Below, piece after piece: positions 9,008 to 20,685 of a DNA stretch of 64,000 nt (positions are counted from its first letter, which is position 1; each line of letters begins with the position of its first letter). This stretch comes from Chlamydiales bacterium. Its GTDB lineage: Bacteria > Chlamydiota > Chlamydiia > Chlamydiales > JAAZZY01. Under the pieces are notes generated by a model. That model saw only the letters and a list, made by a program, of their open reading frames with translations. It did no database searches and was not told the DNA's origin. The position numbers and the translations under genes are program-made. Location of the stretch: positions 95,825-159,824 of the forward strand of contig CBDBKM010000003.1 in NCBI GenBank assembly GCA_965206695.1. Direction: 5' to 3'.

Positions 9008-11155
9008 CTAAAGGTTTTTGATGGCAAAATTAAGACCTGTATAACGTCTTTTAACCTCGTCATTTTTTATAGCAATAGCTAGAGCTTGCTTAGTTCCCAC
9101 TAAAATAACCAGTTTTTTCCCTCTTGTAACACCTGTGTATAAGAGATTGCGATTAAGTAATTTAAAATGATGAGTATGGATAGGTATGATAATACAAGGG
9201 GCTTCACTACCCTGGTATTTATGAATAGAAGCAGCGTAAGCTAATACCAGCTCTTCTATTTCTGAAAAACCGTAAGAGACCGGTTTATTGTCAAAGTTAA
9301 CGATAAGAGTTTGCTCGATTTCATTGATATCTTGGATGATTCCCATATCTCCGTTAAAGATTTCCTTTTTGTAATTATTCCGTATCTGCATAACCTTATC
9401 TTTGGGAGCAAAGGCTCTACCGGAAAGGACGAGGTGATCCTTTCCGGGGTTGAGGGTTTGTTGAAGAGTAGCATTAAGGTTTTCAGAGCCGATTATCCCT
9501 TTTTTCATAGGGGAGAGCACTTGAATATCGTGGATAGGGTCAAAGTGATAAGATTTAGGTAAGCGTGTTTTAACAAGATCTTGTATAATAGAGAGTACTT
9601 CAGCAGGTTCTTTAGCTAATAAGAAGAAAAAATCAGAATGTTTTCCGCCTTTAATATCGGGAAAGATCCCGTCATTGATACGATGGGCATTGGTTATAAT
9701 TTTGGAGCCCCTAGCTTGCCTGAAAATTTCTTTAAGGGTAATATACGGGATTTTTTTGCTTAAAATCATATCTTGTAAAACATTACCGGGTCCTACACTA
9801 GGTAACTGATCGATATCACCAATTAAGATAACTCTTGCATGATTTGGAATGGTTTTAAGTAACTGATACATTAAATAGGTATCGATCATACTCACTTCGT
9901 CGATGATGATAAGATCGCATGTTAAAGGGTTATCTCTATTGCGCTTAAAACCTCCTTTTTTAAAATCAAATTCCAATAGGCTATGAATAGTAGAAGCAAA
10001 ACAACCGGTAATCTCTTGCATTCTTTTAGCCGCTCTACCTGTTGGCGCTGCTAAAAGGATGTGGTCACTTAATTTTTTTATAATCGTTAATATGGCTTTC
10101 GTAATCGTGCTTTTACCGGTACCGGGACCACCTGTAATGATAAGAAGCTTTTCTAAAAGAGCTTTTTCTACAGCCTGATGTTGATTGACAGCAAGTTTAA
10201 GATGAAGGTTTTCTTGAGCCCAATTAATAGCTTTAGTTGTTTCTATGGATCGAAGGGCGTCCGGATTGTCTTGGAGTCGAGCAACTTCTTTGGCGATACC
10301 AATTTCAGACATATATAAAGGCTTTATCCAAACATAATAGCCATCTTCTAATTCAGAAATAATGATGCGCCGCTCAGCATGTAGAGCTTGTAGTTGTTGC
10401 TCTATTAATTGTTCGTTGACTTGAATGAGATTGTGAGTATACGTCGTTAACTCTTCTTTAGGATAGCAGACGTGGCCATCTGATGAGAGTTCACCTAAGG
10501 CAAATTCCACCCCGGCATTAACCCGTTCAGGAGAATCGAAGGAAATATCCAGTGAAGAAGCTACTTTATCAGCCATTTTAAAACCAATGCCAAAGACGTC
10601 TCTTGCTAAGCAGTAAGGATCGTGTTTGACGACTGCAATGCTTTTGTTACCATAACATTTATATATTCTTTGTGCATATGCCGGACTAATATTATGAGAT
10701 TGCAAGAAGATCATTACTTCACGCACGGATTTTTGCTCTTTCCAGCAGGTGATAATCCCTTGAATACGTTTGTCGCCTAACCCGGGGACTTCTGATAATC
10801 TATTAGATGTTTGATCTAATATGAGAAGAGTATCCATTCCAAAGGTGTCAATGATTCGTTTGGCATAGGCGGCACCAATCCCTTTAATCAAGCCGGAACT
10901 TAAGTATTTTTGTATGCCTATAAGGTCAGCCGGGGCTTGTACTTGATAGTGATCTACTTTAAATTGTCTGCCATGAGAAGGATCGTGATACCACGTACCA
11001 TAGCATTTCAGTGTTTCACCCGGTTGAATAGAAGGAAGTGATCCGACAATGCAAGTAAGATCTCTCTTTCCTTTTTCTTTTAGTTTAGCAACAGTGAATT
11101 GATTTTCTTGATTTTGAAAAGTAATGCGTTCTATATATCCGGTAATATCTTCCAT
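9008..11155 (-). CDS. recD2: ATP-dependent RecD2-like DNA helicase
   Basis: N-terminal OB/HhH region, Walker A GGPGTGKS, APTGRAA, DEVSM, GDIDQLPSVG, SIHKYQGSE, YTGVTRGK. Confidence 0.95.
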   Translation of the reverse strand: MEDITGYIERITFQNQENQFTVAKLKEKGKRDLTCIVGSLPSIQPGETLKCYGTWYHDPSHGRQFKVDHYQVQAPADLIGIQKYLSSGLIKGIGAAYAKRIIDTFGMDTLLILDQTSNRLSEVPGLGDKRIQGIITCWKEQKSVREVMIFLQSHNISPAYAQRIYKCYGNKSIAVVKHDPYCLARDVFGIGFKMADKVASSLDISFDSPERVNAGVEFALGELSSDGHVCYPKEELTTYTHNLIQVNEQLIEQQLQALHAERRIIISELEDGYYVWIKPLYMSEIGIAKEVARLQDNPDALRSIETTKAINWAQENLHLKLAVNQHQAVEKALLEKLLIITGGPGTGKSTITKAILTIIKKLSDHILLAAPTGRAAKRMQEITGCFASTIHSLLEFDFKKGGFKRNRDNPLTCDLIIIDEVSMIDTYLMYQLLKTIPNHARVILIGDIDQLPSVGPGNVLQDMILSKKIPYITLKEIFRQARGSKIITNAHRINDGIFPDIKGGKHSDFFFLLAKEPAEVLSIIQDLVKTRLPKSYHFDPIHDIQVLSPMKKGIIGSENLNATLQQTLNPGKDHLVLSGRAFAPKDKVMQIRNNYKKEIFNGDMGIIQDINEIEQTLIVNFDNKPVSYGFSEIEELVLAYAASIHKYQGSEAPCIIIPIHTHHFKLLNRNLLYTGVTRGKKLVILVGTKQALAIAIKNDEVKRRYTGLNFAIKNL

Positions 11156-12201
11156 TAGAATACATAAACAATGTTGAGGGTCAAAATGGTATCAAGACGC
11201 TTCATCTCTTTAGGTAATACTGAAGTATAATTGAGCATATTATTCAATTGCGCTACCCAATGTTTGGCTAAAGGAGCTTCTAAAATTGTTATCATGGTCC
11301 AAATATAGTTGCTAATATCACTAATGTCAAATGACCAACACATGGAATTATTTAAAATGAGATCTTTAGAAAAGTTCCGGTTAAATGTATAGCCGGGGGA
11401 GACACCAAAAAAACCGTTATGTTTTTCAGCTTGAGTGATGACATTATAAAATGAATCACTTCGAGTGATCCCCAAATTGATAGATGCATTCAGGCCTTCG
11501 TGTTGGAGAAGTTCATATTCAATTCCGGCTTTTTCATTAAGACGTATGATAAGACTTTGAAAACAATTAAAACGTATATGCTCTGAGTTAAACCAGTTCA
11601 AGCGATTTTTAAAATAGTGACTATATTTGATAAGCAATTGACCTTGATTAAAGGTGCTTTTTTTTCTCGCCGGAGCCAAATTATAAGAGCAAAAAACATC
11701 GAATTTTTGTTTAGGGTAACCATATTTTTTTATACAAAATTGTGCTCGTAAACGGTTGTTTAGCGTTAGCTTTTTAGCTCCACTAGATATAGCAGCTGTT
11801 CCTACACCTATTTGAGCATCCCAATTAAAAGAAGAAGGTTTTAATGCATTGGTATTAATCTGTCGTATTTTATCTTTCGGAATATAAAGAGGGCCATGCT
11901 CTAAAGGCGCTTTTATCGTCGCTTTCGTCTCTCCTGATTCTATGCTGATCGTTCCTTTTAAGATACGACCGTCATTAATTTCTATAGGCAATTGTTCGTG
12001 GATTAAAAGAGAGTTTACTTCAGACCAATTAATGATAATAACACCCATAGCATTTGTCTTTAAAAGCAACTTCTTATCCTTTAGGCTGATGATTTTTCCG
12101 TGCAGAATATCTCCATTATATAACGTGATTTTGTCTGCATCGATATAAGAAAAAAATATTAAAAAAATAATAAGAAGAATAGGATTAATAAACCGGCTCA
12201 T
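11155..12201 (-). CDS. Putative outer-membrane beta-barrel protein (DUF481/YdiY-like)
   Basis: Signal peptide, D.I.L.NGD.L.G.I motif twice, alternating beta-strands, C-terminal YVF. Confidence 0.7.
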   Translation of the reverse strand: MSRFINPILLIIFLIFFSYIDADKITLYNGDILHGKIISLKDKKLLLKTNAMGVIIINWSEVNSLLIHEQLPIEINDGRILKGTISIESGETKATIKAPLEHGPLYIPKDKIRQINTNALKPSSFNWDAQIGVGTAAISSGAKKLTLNNRLRAQFCIKKYGYPKQKFDVFCSYNLAPARKKSTFNQGQLLIKYSHYFKNRLNWFNSEHIRFNCFQSLIIRLNEKAGIEYELLQHEGLNASINLGITRSDSFYNVITQAEKHNGFFGVSPGYTFNRNFSKDLILNNSMCWSFDISDISNYIWTMITILEAPLAKHWVAQLNNMLNYTSVLPKEMKRLDTILTLNIVYVF

Positions 12202-12323
12202 AATATTTTGAGTGTATTATTCTATAACAACACAACGGTATCATGTGTCTTGGTTTCATGTAAAGAATCTGCGAGCTTTTTAAAAAGGATACTTTAGGCT
12301 TATTGCGGATTCTTAGAAGGTAA

Positions 12324-12615
12324 TTGACAGCTCCCTAAAGGGAAGGGATTCCTAATTCAACGGTTACCGCCCCGGGAAAAAACTTGGTTTTCGCAATAAA
12401 AATTCTCAAAGGGAAACTTTTACGATTTTCAAGCAACCCACTCTACCCGGGCCTGACATAATCTCTAAAGACTCAATTAACCGACTGTCCCACGGTAGCT
12501 CTAAAAGATAGGAATCGTATACGAAATATGAGAATTAACACGAATACAACACAATACTTTAATCGCGGCGCTCTCATCCCAATGCTAAAGCAAAGGGTTG
12601 CCTCGCTTAATTGTC
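12324..12615 (-). mobile_element. IS200/IS605-derived miniature element (292 bp) with expanded omegaRNA-like region
   Basis: Minus strand begins gacaattaagcgag (IS605 left end, cf. 15101) and ends gaatcccttccctttagggagctgtcaa (right end, cf. 20572). Colinear with 26406-26703. Confidence 0.85.
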
Positions 12616-12619
12616 ATAG

Positions 12620-13000
12620 CTATCTTGAACACAATAATCCGGCGCTTGTTTCACCGGCTCTTCCGTGATCTAACATGACATATATTTTTGAAGCTAATGC
12701 TTCTTCACTCCTTTTAAGAAGTCACTAACTTCACCGGCTCCAATCGTGGAGTATTCTTCTGACGTGAGTGTCTGATCCTCCCTTGGTACCATGCCGAATG
12801 TTTCCTTCTGATTGAAATTTCTTCAAATACTCATAAACACTCGACCGGTTTAAGCGCAGAACATGAGCAATGAGGGCAGGTCCGGAGCGTCATCTCGTGC
12901 AAGAAGCACACACAAACGATTACGTTCATTTATATCACGGGGCTTGTTTATCTGAAATTCAAAAGTGCTTCTTTGATTGGGAGTTAATTGCTTCATATAA
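12620..13000 (-). pseudogene. Decayed IS630-like transposase fragment
   Basis: Minus strand gives MKQLTPNQR..ERNRLCVLLARD..IAHVLRLNRSSVYEYL..KGGS, resembling the N-terminus of the 340-aa IS630 transposase. Confidence 0.6.
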
Positions 13001-13160
13001 AATTAATGTCATATTTATACTTTTTTGTGTCACTTTTAAGTAGTGAAGAGTATATGCTTCTTAATGGTCTTCATTTTCGGATAAAGAAGTCAAACAAGCT
13101 TTGACTTTGCTAAAAGAAAGGGAAGAAATATCTGTTGCTTTAATTAATAGAGGTGAAATC

Positions 13161-13826
13161 ATGGAAATATGGTTAGATACTGTTAGTCCGAGCACCATCT
13201 TAGCAGCCGGTGATTACAATTTTTTTTGGGGAGTGACAACTAATCCTACTCTCGTTGCAAATGCCGGAGAGGATATTGAAGAATTATTGACTAAGATATT
13301 GGAACTGCAAGAAGGGCCGGTTGCAGTGCAACTCAAAGGGTCAAGCGAACAAACTATGATGCAGGAAGCTAAAAAGCTTTATAGTTTTTCGGATCGTTTT
13401 ATTATAAAAGTGCCTGTTTCTCAAGAAGGGTTGATTGCACTTAATTACCTTTCTTCAAAGAGGATCCCAACAATGGCAACCGCTGTTTTTCATTCTAATC
13501 AGTACCTTCAAGCAGCTTTAGCCGGAGCTGATTATGTAGCTCCGTATTTAGGGCGTATGTTTGATGCAGGCTTACAAGGATTTTCCATTTTATCTTCTAT
13601 GATCAAGATTAAATCCGTGAATGGATTTAAGACTAAAATTTTAGCGGCAGGTGTAACGGAAGTAGAACACATTTCACAATGTGCTGAATTAGGTATAGAT
13701 GCCATTACGTTAAAAGATGAGATATTACGTGAATTTATGAGTAATCATCCTTTGACGACACAGGCTGTGGAGATTTTCAATCACGATTGGGATCGAATAG
13801 AAGAAAGTAGAATTTTTATGAGTTAA
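13161..13826 (+). CDS. tal: Transaldolase / fructose-6-phosphate aldolase family
   Basis: MEIWLDT, GVTTNPTL, IKVP, AGADYVAPYLGRM. ATG at 13161 follows the RBS gaggtg; the ORF track extends to 13101. Confidence 0.92.
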   Translation: MEIWLDTVSPSTILAAGDYNFFWGVTTNPTLVANAGEDIEELLTKILELQEGPVAVQLKGSSEQTMMQEAKKLYSFSDRFIIKVPVSQEGLIALNYLSSKRIPTMATAVFHSNQYLQAALAGADYVAPYLGRMFDAGLQGFSILSSMIKIKSVNGFKTKILAAGVTEVEHISQCAELGIDAITLKDEILREFMSNHPLTTQAVEIFNHDWDRIEESRIFMS

Positions 13827-13853
13827 TACCCCTTCTGAAAGAGAAGGGGTATT
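13825..13853. terminator. Bidirectional terminator
   Basis: aatacccc-ttct..agaa-ggggtatt hairpin between convergent genes. Confidence 0.7.
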
Positions 13854-13863
13854 ATTATGAATG

Positions 13864-15005
13864 TTACCGGCCTCCGGCAAAACGTTGCACGACATCGAAT
13901 TTTGGCTTACCGGCTCCCATATTTTTATTTAAATTATGTTGAGCGACTAAGATATCATTTATATCTTTTTCAACAGCATCCTTATCACTCGGCCACTTGC
14001 CGGAAATTAAGTCATCAGCTAATTGTTTGCCTGTATCTAATAAAGAACCGAAAGCGTTAGCAAGAGATTCTAAGCGATCTATTGTTTTATCCATTAAATC
14101 CCTTACAACAGGACCGTAATAACGATTGGAGCTCTTAAACTCTGCGATTAGCTCGTTTAATGAATTCAGTTTTGGCGCCATCTTACAAATTGTATCAAAA
14201 ACAGGAGTCGGACCTTGATAAACATCAACATATCTGAATTGAGTTGGCATGAACCAAGTTAAAATATCATGAACTTTTTGTAATTCTTTAGAGTATTTCA
14301 CAATTCCAACTTTATCATCTTTATGTCCGGTTGAGATGAGATTTCTTATCTCATCGACTAAATCACATGAGAATCGGTTGATAGCAAGAGCAGCATTATA
14401 TTGATGCTCGGCTCTTAGAGTAGCGCGATTAACGCCTTCATTAGCAGGATAGTCATGAAGTGTATGATCTGCTTGTAATTGACGCCCTTGATCTAAAAGT
14501 TTTTTCTAGAGGTTTTAGGGTAGATTGAATAATTTCTTTGATATGAGAGGCAAATTGATAAACAATAGGTTGGATTAGAATTTTTCCGGCTAGAACCATT
14601 TCGACTTTGTGATAAAACTCTTTAAGCTTCTCTGCATGCGGCTCTAGCTTAGCAATAACATCAGCTACTTCAGATGCTTTATCATAAATAACCCAATAAG
14701 GAGCCTGTAAACCGTGCATGGTGGATAATTCAGCTTTAAATTCATCCTAAGCGTCTGTTAATTCTCTTAAAGAATGACAGCGATCAGTTTTATCCGGCCC
14801 GGCCAACCACAGAAATGGGCCCGGTATGATGTGTATCAGGTTGGTCGATAATTTCTTTAGCAAGATCAGTAATCTCAGCAGATTTATGCTGATCAACGGG
14901 TGACTTATTATTTACATCTAATTTGGTAGTGTCTGCATTAGCAGTGTTCACATTGGCAGTGATAGTATCGGTTGGAATATGTGCGTTTGAGCTTGAAACT
15001 AGCAT
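13864..15005 (-). pseudogene. Fragmented hypothetical gene with S/T/N-rich effector-like N-terminus
   Basis: Three consecutive same-strand ORF pieces (71, 88, 145 aa) behind one RBS (aaggag) and separated by stops or frameshifts. Confidence 0.55.
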
Positions 15006-15148
15006 ACAATTCTCCTTAGTTTTTTATTTGATTTCAAAATCCGCTTTAGATAACTCTAATAGTATCTTTATAGTTTCTTAATATTATAAAGGCTATTTAT
15101 GACAATTAAACGAGAAAACCCGCCTTTTTAAGAGTGGGATGAAAGTGT

Positions 15149-15553
15149 CTATTTGTTTTTTTGATTCCGTATATACTTTCTGATTGTATATTCATTTAAT
15201 TTTCCAACACTATCAACATAATAAGACCGTGTCCACAGTGTGGGTAACCCGGATCTTAAGCTTGAAAATTCTTGCCTTAATATTCGGCGTGTATATCCCT
15301 TAAGTTGTCCTATGAAAAATTGTGGCGAATATATAGGCTTGGTATTTAAAAAAATATGTACGTGATCAGGCATAATATTCAGTTCGTGAATCTCTATATT
15401 TAGTTGTAGAGCTTTTAATTTTAATAATTCCTTTAAACGAACAACAATATCACCTTCAAGAACCTTTCTCCTATATTTAGGACACCAAATAACATGGTAA
15501 CTAAGGTTAAAAACTGCTGTTTTAGAGGTTTTCCGTCTTTCCGGATAGACAAT
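15149..15553 (-). CDS. tnpA: IS200-type HUH (Y1) transposase TnpA, no ATG start
   Basis: YHVIWCPKYRRKVL, MPDHVH, LWTRSYYV, IRKYI. The frame is open to ATT at 15553. Confidence 0.85.
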   Translation of the reverse strand: MVYPERRKTSKTAVFNLSYHVIWCPKYRRKVLEGDIVVRLKELLKLKALQLNIEIHELNIMPDHVHIFLNTKPIYSPQFFIGQLKGYTRRILRQEFSSLRSGLPTLWTRSYYVDSVGKLNEYTIRKYIRNQKNK

Positions 15554-16876
15554 CTATATATACCGGACATATAATGCAATACATGATGATCAAAAAAGCA
15601 TATAAATTTAGATTCTATCCAACGAAAAAACAAAAGGAGTTGCTTACAAAAAGCTTTGGATGTTCCGGAGTTGTATATAATCAAGCTTTAAATTTTAAGA
15701 TCAAGAAATATCAGGAATACAAAGAGAATGTAAGTTATTCTAAAACATCGGCATTCTTGACAAGTCTTAAGCAAAACAAAGAGTTTCTTTGGTTAAACGA
15801 AGTTTCTTCTGTTTGTCTGCAACAAAGTCTTAGAGATCTTGATAGAGCTTTTTTAAACTTTTTTAAAAAAAGGTCAAATTTCCCTCGCTTTAAAAACAAA
15901 CACAGTACGCAGGCAATACGATTAACTAAGTCAGCATTTAGTTGGGATGGGGTTAATCTTAAGATTGCAAAATCTAAAGACAGATTAAAAATACATTGGT
16001 CAAGGTGTTTTTTAGGTACACCAACAGGTATAACAATCACAAAAGACTCTTGTGACAGGTATTTTGTGAGCCTATTAGTAGAAGAAGAAGTGATCCCTTT
16101 TGAGAAGAGAAATAATTCTGTCGGTATAGATTTAGGATTAACGACATTCGCAACTCTTTCTACAGGGAAAAAGATTACGGCACCTAAACCTTTTAGATTT
16201 CATAAGAAAAGACTAAAAAGAAAACAACGTTCTCTTAGCAAAGCTAAAGTCAAAGGTAAAAACAGACTCAAAAAAAGAAGATCGGTGGCTTCGATACATT
16301 CGAAGATAAAAAATATAAGGCAGGACTTTCATCATAAACTTTCTACAAAGTTGGCTCGTGAAAACCAAACGATCACGATAGAAGGGTTAAATATTAATAA
16401 GATGTTAAAAAATAAAAAACTTTCCAAGCATATATCGGATGCAGGATGGAGCCGGTTTTTAACATTTTTAAAGTATATAGTATTTTAATTTTTATTTGAT
16501 AATATGTTATCCTTCTTTTTTTATACAAACAGTAAGGACAAAACAATGCCTAGAGCCTATTCAGTAAATCTTCGAGAGAAAGTATGACAACATATAGAAA
16601 AACATCATGATAAAAAAACAGCCGGCCATATTTTTCAAGTAGGTATCGCAACAATATATCGATGGATCTTGCAAAAAAAGCAAAAAGGACATTTAAAGCC
16701 AATCCGCAGAAAATATGCTTATAAGAAATTAGATGATGAGTTGTTATCTAAATATGTAGAAAAACATCCGGATTATTTTTTATCGGAAATTGCTGATTAT
16801 TTTTCAGTCACTCCGCAAACGATTTTTTATGCCCTTAAAAGATTAAAAATTACACGAAAAAAAAAACTACTCGCTA

Positions 16877-17970
16877 TACTCATCACGAATAAACCTCCGG
16901 ATATTTTGTATTCGTATAGTGTAAATTATTTTGTATGAATTCATTTTTAACACTATCAGAAGAAAAGCATCTCAGACAGCAACATAAACGAGAAAAGAAT
17001 GGTCGTATACGAGATCGTATCAAGGCTGTTCTATTGTCGAATAAAGGTTGGAGTAATACTCGTATTGCTGAAGCTGTGCTTTTAGACGATGAAACAGTGT
17101 CTCGTCACATTAAAGAATATCAAAATAAACAGCAATTGCATGTAGAAAGCGGTGGTTCAGTCAGTAAACTTCTTGCGCCACAGTCAGAAGAATTCATTAA
17201 ACATTTAACAACTCATACCTATGTCAAAGTAGAAGATATCTGTTCTTATGTTCTCGCGAAATATGGCATTGTTTATACGATTTCAGGGATGACTTCTTGG
17301 CTACACTCACATGGTTTTTCCTATAAAAAGCCTAAAGGTACACCGGCTAAGGCAAATTCTGATCAACAAAAAGCTTGGATGCAATTTTACACCAAGCTTA
17401 TGGCATCTCTGCCTAAAAATGAGCCTGTTGAATTTGCTGATGGTGTGCATCCAACTATGGCAACTAAAATTTCTTATGGTTGGATTCGACCGGGAACAAG
17501 TAAATTAATCGCAACAACAGCTTCTAGAACTCGAATGAATCTTATGGGGTCTATCAATTTAAACAGTATGAAGGTAACAATAGATGCTTATGAAACATTA
17601 AATAGCGGTACCATGGCAAAGCATTTTGCTTTGCTACGGTCAAAATACCCCTCAGCTCCAAATATCCATCTTATTTTAGATCAAGGCCCTTATAATACAA
17701 GTATTCAGACCAAACAAGAAGCAGAAAAACAAGGTATTATTCTCTATTATTTACCTTCTTACAGTCCTAACCTCAATCCCATTGAACGATTATGGAAAGT
17801 GATGAATGAATATTGTCGCAATAATCGGTTTTTTAATTCTGCTAAAGAATTTCGGAGATCGATTACCGGATTTTTTGAAAATACTTGGCCCTCTATTGCT
17901 CAATCAATGAGGACACGAATCAATGATCATTTTCAAGTCTTAGAATCGGCACTTTGATTCATAAGGGGTA
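16877..17970 (+). mobile_element. IS630 type B (1094 bp, single 340-aa transposase 16935-17957)
   Basis: DDE motifs FADGVHP, ILDQGPY, LPSYSPNLNPIERLW; TA duplication. Confidence 0.93.
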
Positions 17971-18015
17971 TATAAGGAAAGAGATGAAAAGAAACGGGAA
18001 GCTTTTATGAAAGAT

Positions 18016-19783
18016 CCGACATTCCTAGACCTCTAAACAAGTTTTTCTAATTAAGCCATACATCCTCATTGCAGTCTTTCCAAACAAAACAATAATCTTT
18101 TTCCGAAGACGGGTTAAATTTGTGATCATTTCTTTACAAATTCTCCGGGAAGTCTTCTGAAAAAAACGGATTATTCCGATACCTTCCATAATTTGGAAAA
18201 TCCATCTTAATGTTGGATTTTTGACTTCCTTTCCTAATTGGTTGGGTAATGTCTCTTCTGTTTCTATCAATTTTTGTCGAAGTTGATATTGTCCGATATT
18301 ATAAACCATTAAACACAATGTCATAACCATCATTAATGCTTCAATGCGTCGAGGGGTTTTTAAAAAAATAGAATCAACCATAAACCAAGGATCTTTTAAA
18401 AAGCGAAACCCTCCTTCAACCTTTTGCTGTTCTTTATATTCTTCTAACATCATCTCATCTTTATAATTTTCTCTATCGGTGTCATTCGCAGCTAAAATAA
18501 ACCGTCCTTTTCTATTCATCAGTTTATTAATTTCTTCTTCTTCCCTTTCAAAGCTAGCATGAATCTTGTATCCAACAACTTGTTTTTCCTCTCCTTGTTT
18601 AGGTTTGCCTAATTTACCATATTTTAGAATCGGCAATATCTCACTATTCATGGAATATAAATGATTTTTTTTAGTCAATCTGCCCCAAGCTTTTTTAGCA
18701 TCACTTTCGCATTTAAATTCCTCATTACCCAAATGCCAAAGTTGTTTCTTGAGCTTTTCTTCTGCCTTGGTCAATTTTTTTTCTAATGATTTTATCTCTC
18801 TCTGATAGGCTTGCTCTGAAAAAACCAAAAGCCATCTTTGTTTAATCCCTCCATAAAAAGAGGTGAAGCTGCATGTTTTATATCCTTTCTCCTGATCAAT
18901 CCAATCAATTTCTTCTTCCGGTTTTTCTACTAATCTTTTTGCTTCTCCTATTATCTCGGGAACTCGGGTGAGCCATTTATAATCATTATTTTTTAAGAGC
19001 TTTTCTTTTGTGTATAACGCTGAATCGGCAACCCACTTCAACTTTGTTTTTACATCAATCTGTTGTTGAAATTCACTGATTTTTTTGAGCGTCTCATGAA
19101 AACTTGCTTTATCAGAACTATTGCCGTCTAAGGCTTCCATCCATAGAGGCATAGAACTCGGACCATTGGTAACGAGAGAAAGTACAACTTGTTTCAAATC
19201 AGGTCTATGATCTTTAGAATAACCCTGCTTAATCTCAATCACTTGCGGATCATCTTTCACTTCATACGACCCATGAACGGAAAAGCTTGTTGTATCTAGA
19301 TGATGCGTTTTTTGTAGTAAATCATGGTCTAGGGCTATTCCAAAAGAAACTTCAGCAAATAATTTACTGCTCCCATATTTCGCAATATCATCCAAAGCAT
19401 GACCTAAAGTATAATCTGTGAGATCTTCTGCTCGAAGATCGTTGCCAAGTAAATTCTCTATCGATTTAGAAGCAAAAAATTGATGTGTTAGGTAGAGACG
19501 TCTATTAGTAAACCCTAATCCATTCAGAATCATTGCAATTACTGCCTGTCCCGCACTTACTTTTCTTTGTGGATGATTTTTTAATCCGGTATCAATCCTT
19601 TCCGCTACTTTTAGATCGCTGCAAAGTGCTGCAATTAATCCATGGTGATCCATGTTCACTGTTTGAATATTATCTCCTGCAACTTCCGGCATAACTTTTC
19701 TCCTTGTATCAAATAAAAAGTAACAGGATAGGCAATCTATAATTCTAATTCAAAAAAAATATCTTACGGTCTAGGAATGTCGG
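18016..19783 (-). mobile_element. IS1634-family element (1768 bp; transposase 18025-19692)
   Basis: 16-bp IR ccgacattcctagacc, 6-bp TSD AAAGAT, motifs HLDTTS, GYSKDHRPDLKQ, VADSALY, VEGGFRFLKDP. Confidence 0.95.
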
Positions 19784-20439
19784 AAAGATTTAAAAAATAT
19801 TCCCTTTGACAAGAGAATTTATCTCGATGAAACCGGGATTCATCAATTTTTATTTCGTGAGTCCGGAAGAAGCTTACGCGGCAAAAGAGTTTTTGGAGCG
19901 GTTTCAGGAAACCGCTTTATAAGGCAAAATATTATTTCAGCCCTATCTAAAGGGCAGTTTTTATCTCCAATGTGTTTTGAAGGTACTTGTAATACCGGGT
20001 TATTCAATATTTGGCTTAAGGAAGTTTTGACTCCTCAGCTTACACCCGGTAGTGTTCTTATTCTTGACAATGCCGGTTTTCACAAGTCAGCGGAAAGCAG
20101 GAAAACAGTAGAATCTGCCGGTTGTAAGCTTATGTTTCTTCCTCCCTATTCTCCGGACTTAAATCCTATAGAAAAATATTGGGCTAATATGAAAAATAAA
20201 GTTAGAGAGATATTACGAAAAGTTACGAATTTTAAATTCGCCATTGATCAAGCAATCTTATCAATATAAAATTAAATGACTATAAGTGTAAATGGTACGG
20301 AAGAAATATAGTGGAATTAGATCAATTTTTTGCCGGTTCAAAACTATGCTCTGCCTGCCGGTACCAAATAGAAATTTTAGATTTAAGTGTGAGAAGTTGG
20401 CAGTGTCCAAACTGCAAAGTAACACACGATAGAGATCTT

Positions 20440-20592
20440 AATGCATCTATTAATCTCGATACCGCAGGGCAGTCGGTAATTTAAGCCTTTGGAGATCATG
20501 TTAGACTAGCTTGTTTGTTAGCAGTGGTCGATGAATTAGGAATCCCTTCCCTTTAGGGTTGGGAGCTGTCAAGATATTCGTCAAGTTAAATA
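20440..20592 (+). ncRNA. Putative TnpB omegaRNA (scaffold overlaps tnpB 3' end; guide from the flank)
   Basis: Position at the tnpB 3' end and right end, and conservation in other copies. Boundaries are approximate. Confidence 0.65.
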
Positions 20593-20685
20593 AGATACAT
20601 AAGATTAATGGATTTTTTAAAAATAATAGAATCCTATAAAGTAATATTTTGTTTAGTCGATTATTTTTTAAAAAGAGGAGTTTAG

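Larger units (their letters stand above)
16478..20282 (+). mobile_element. IS630 type A (orfA nonsense), interrupted by IS630-B and IS1634
   Basis: tagtattttaat..attaaatgacta ends with TA duplication. Confidence 0.92.
15583..20484 (+). pseudogene. tnpB: TnpB RNA-guided nuclease split by IS630 at 16477/20285
   Basis: GIDLGL and IEGLNI precede the insertion. After removing it the frame continues KYKCKWYG..SKLCSAC..WQCPNC..HDRDLNAS to a stop at 20484. Confidence 0.92.
15101..20572 (+). mobile_element. IS200/IS605 element (divergent tnpA/tnpB) with nested IS630-A, IS630-B and IS1634
   Basis: Left end gacaattaaacgag after TTAT; right end gaatcccttccctttagggttgggagctgtcaa. Confidence 0.92.
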
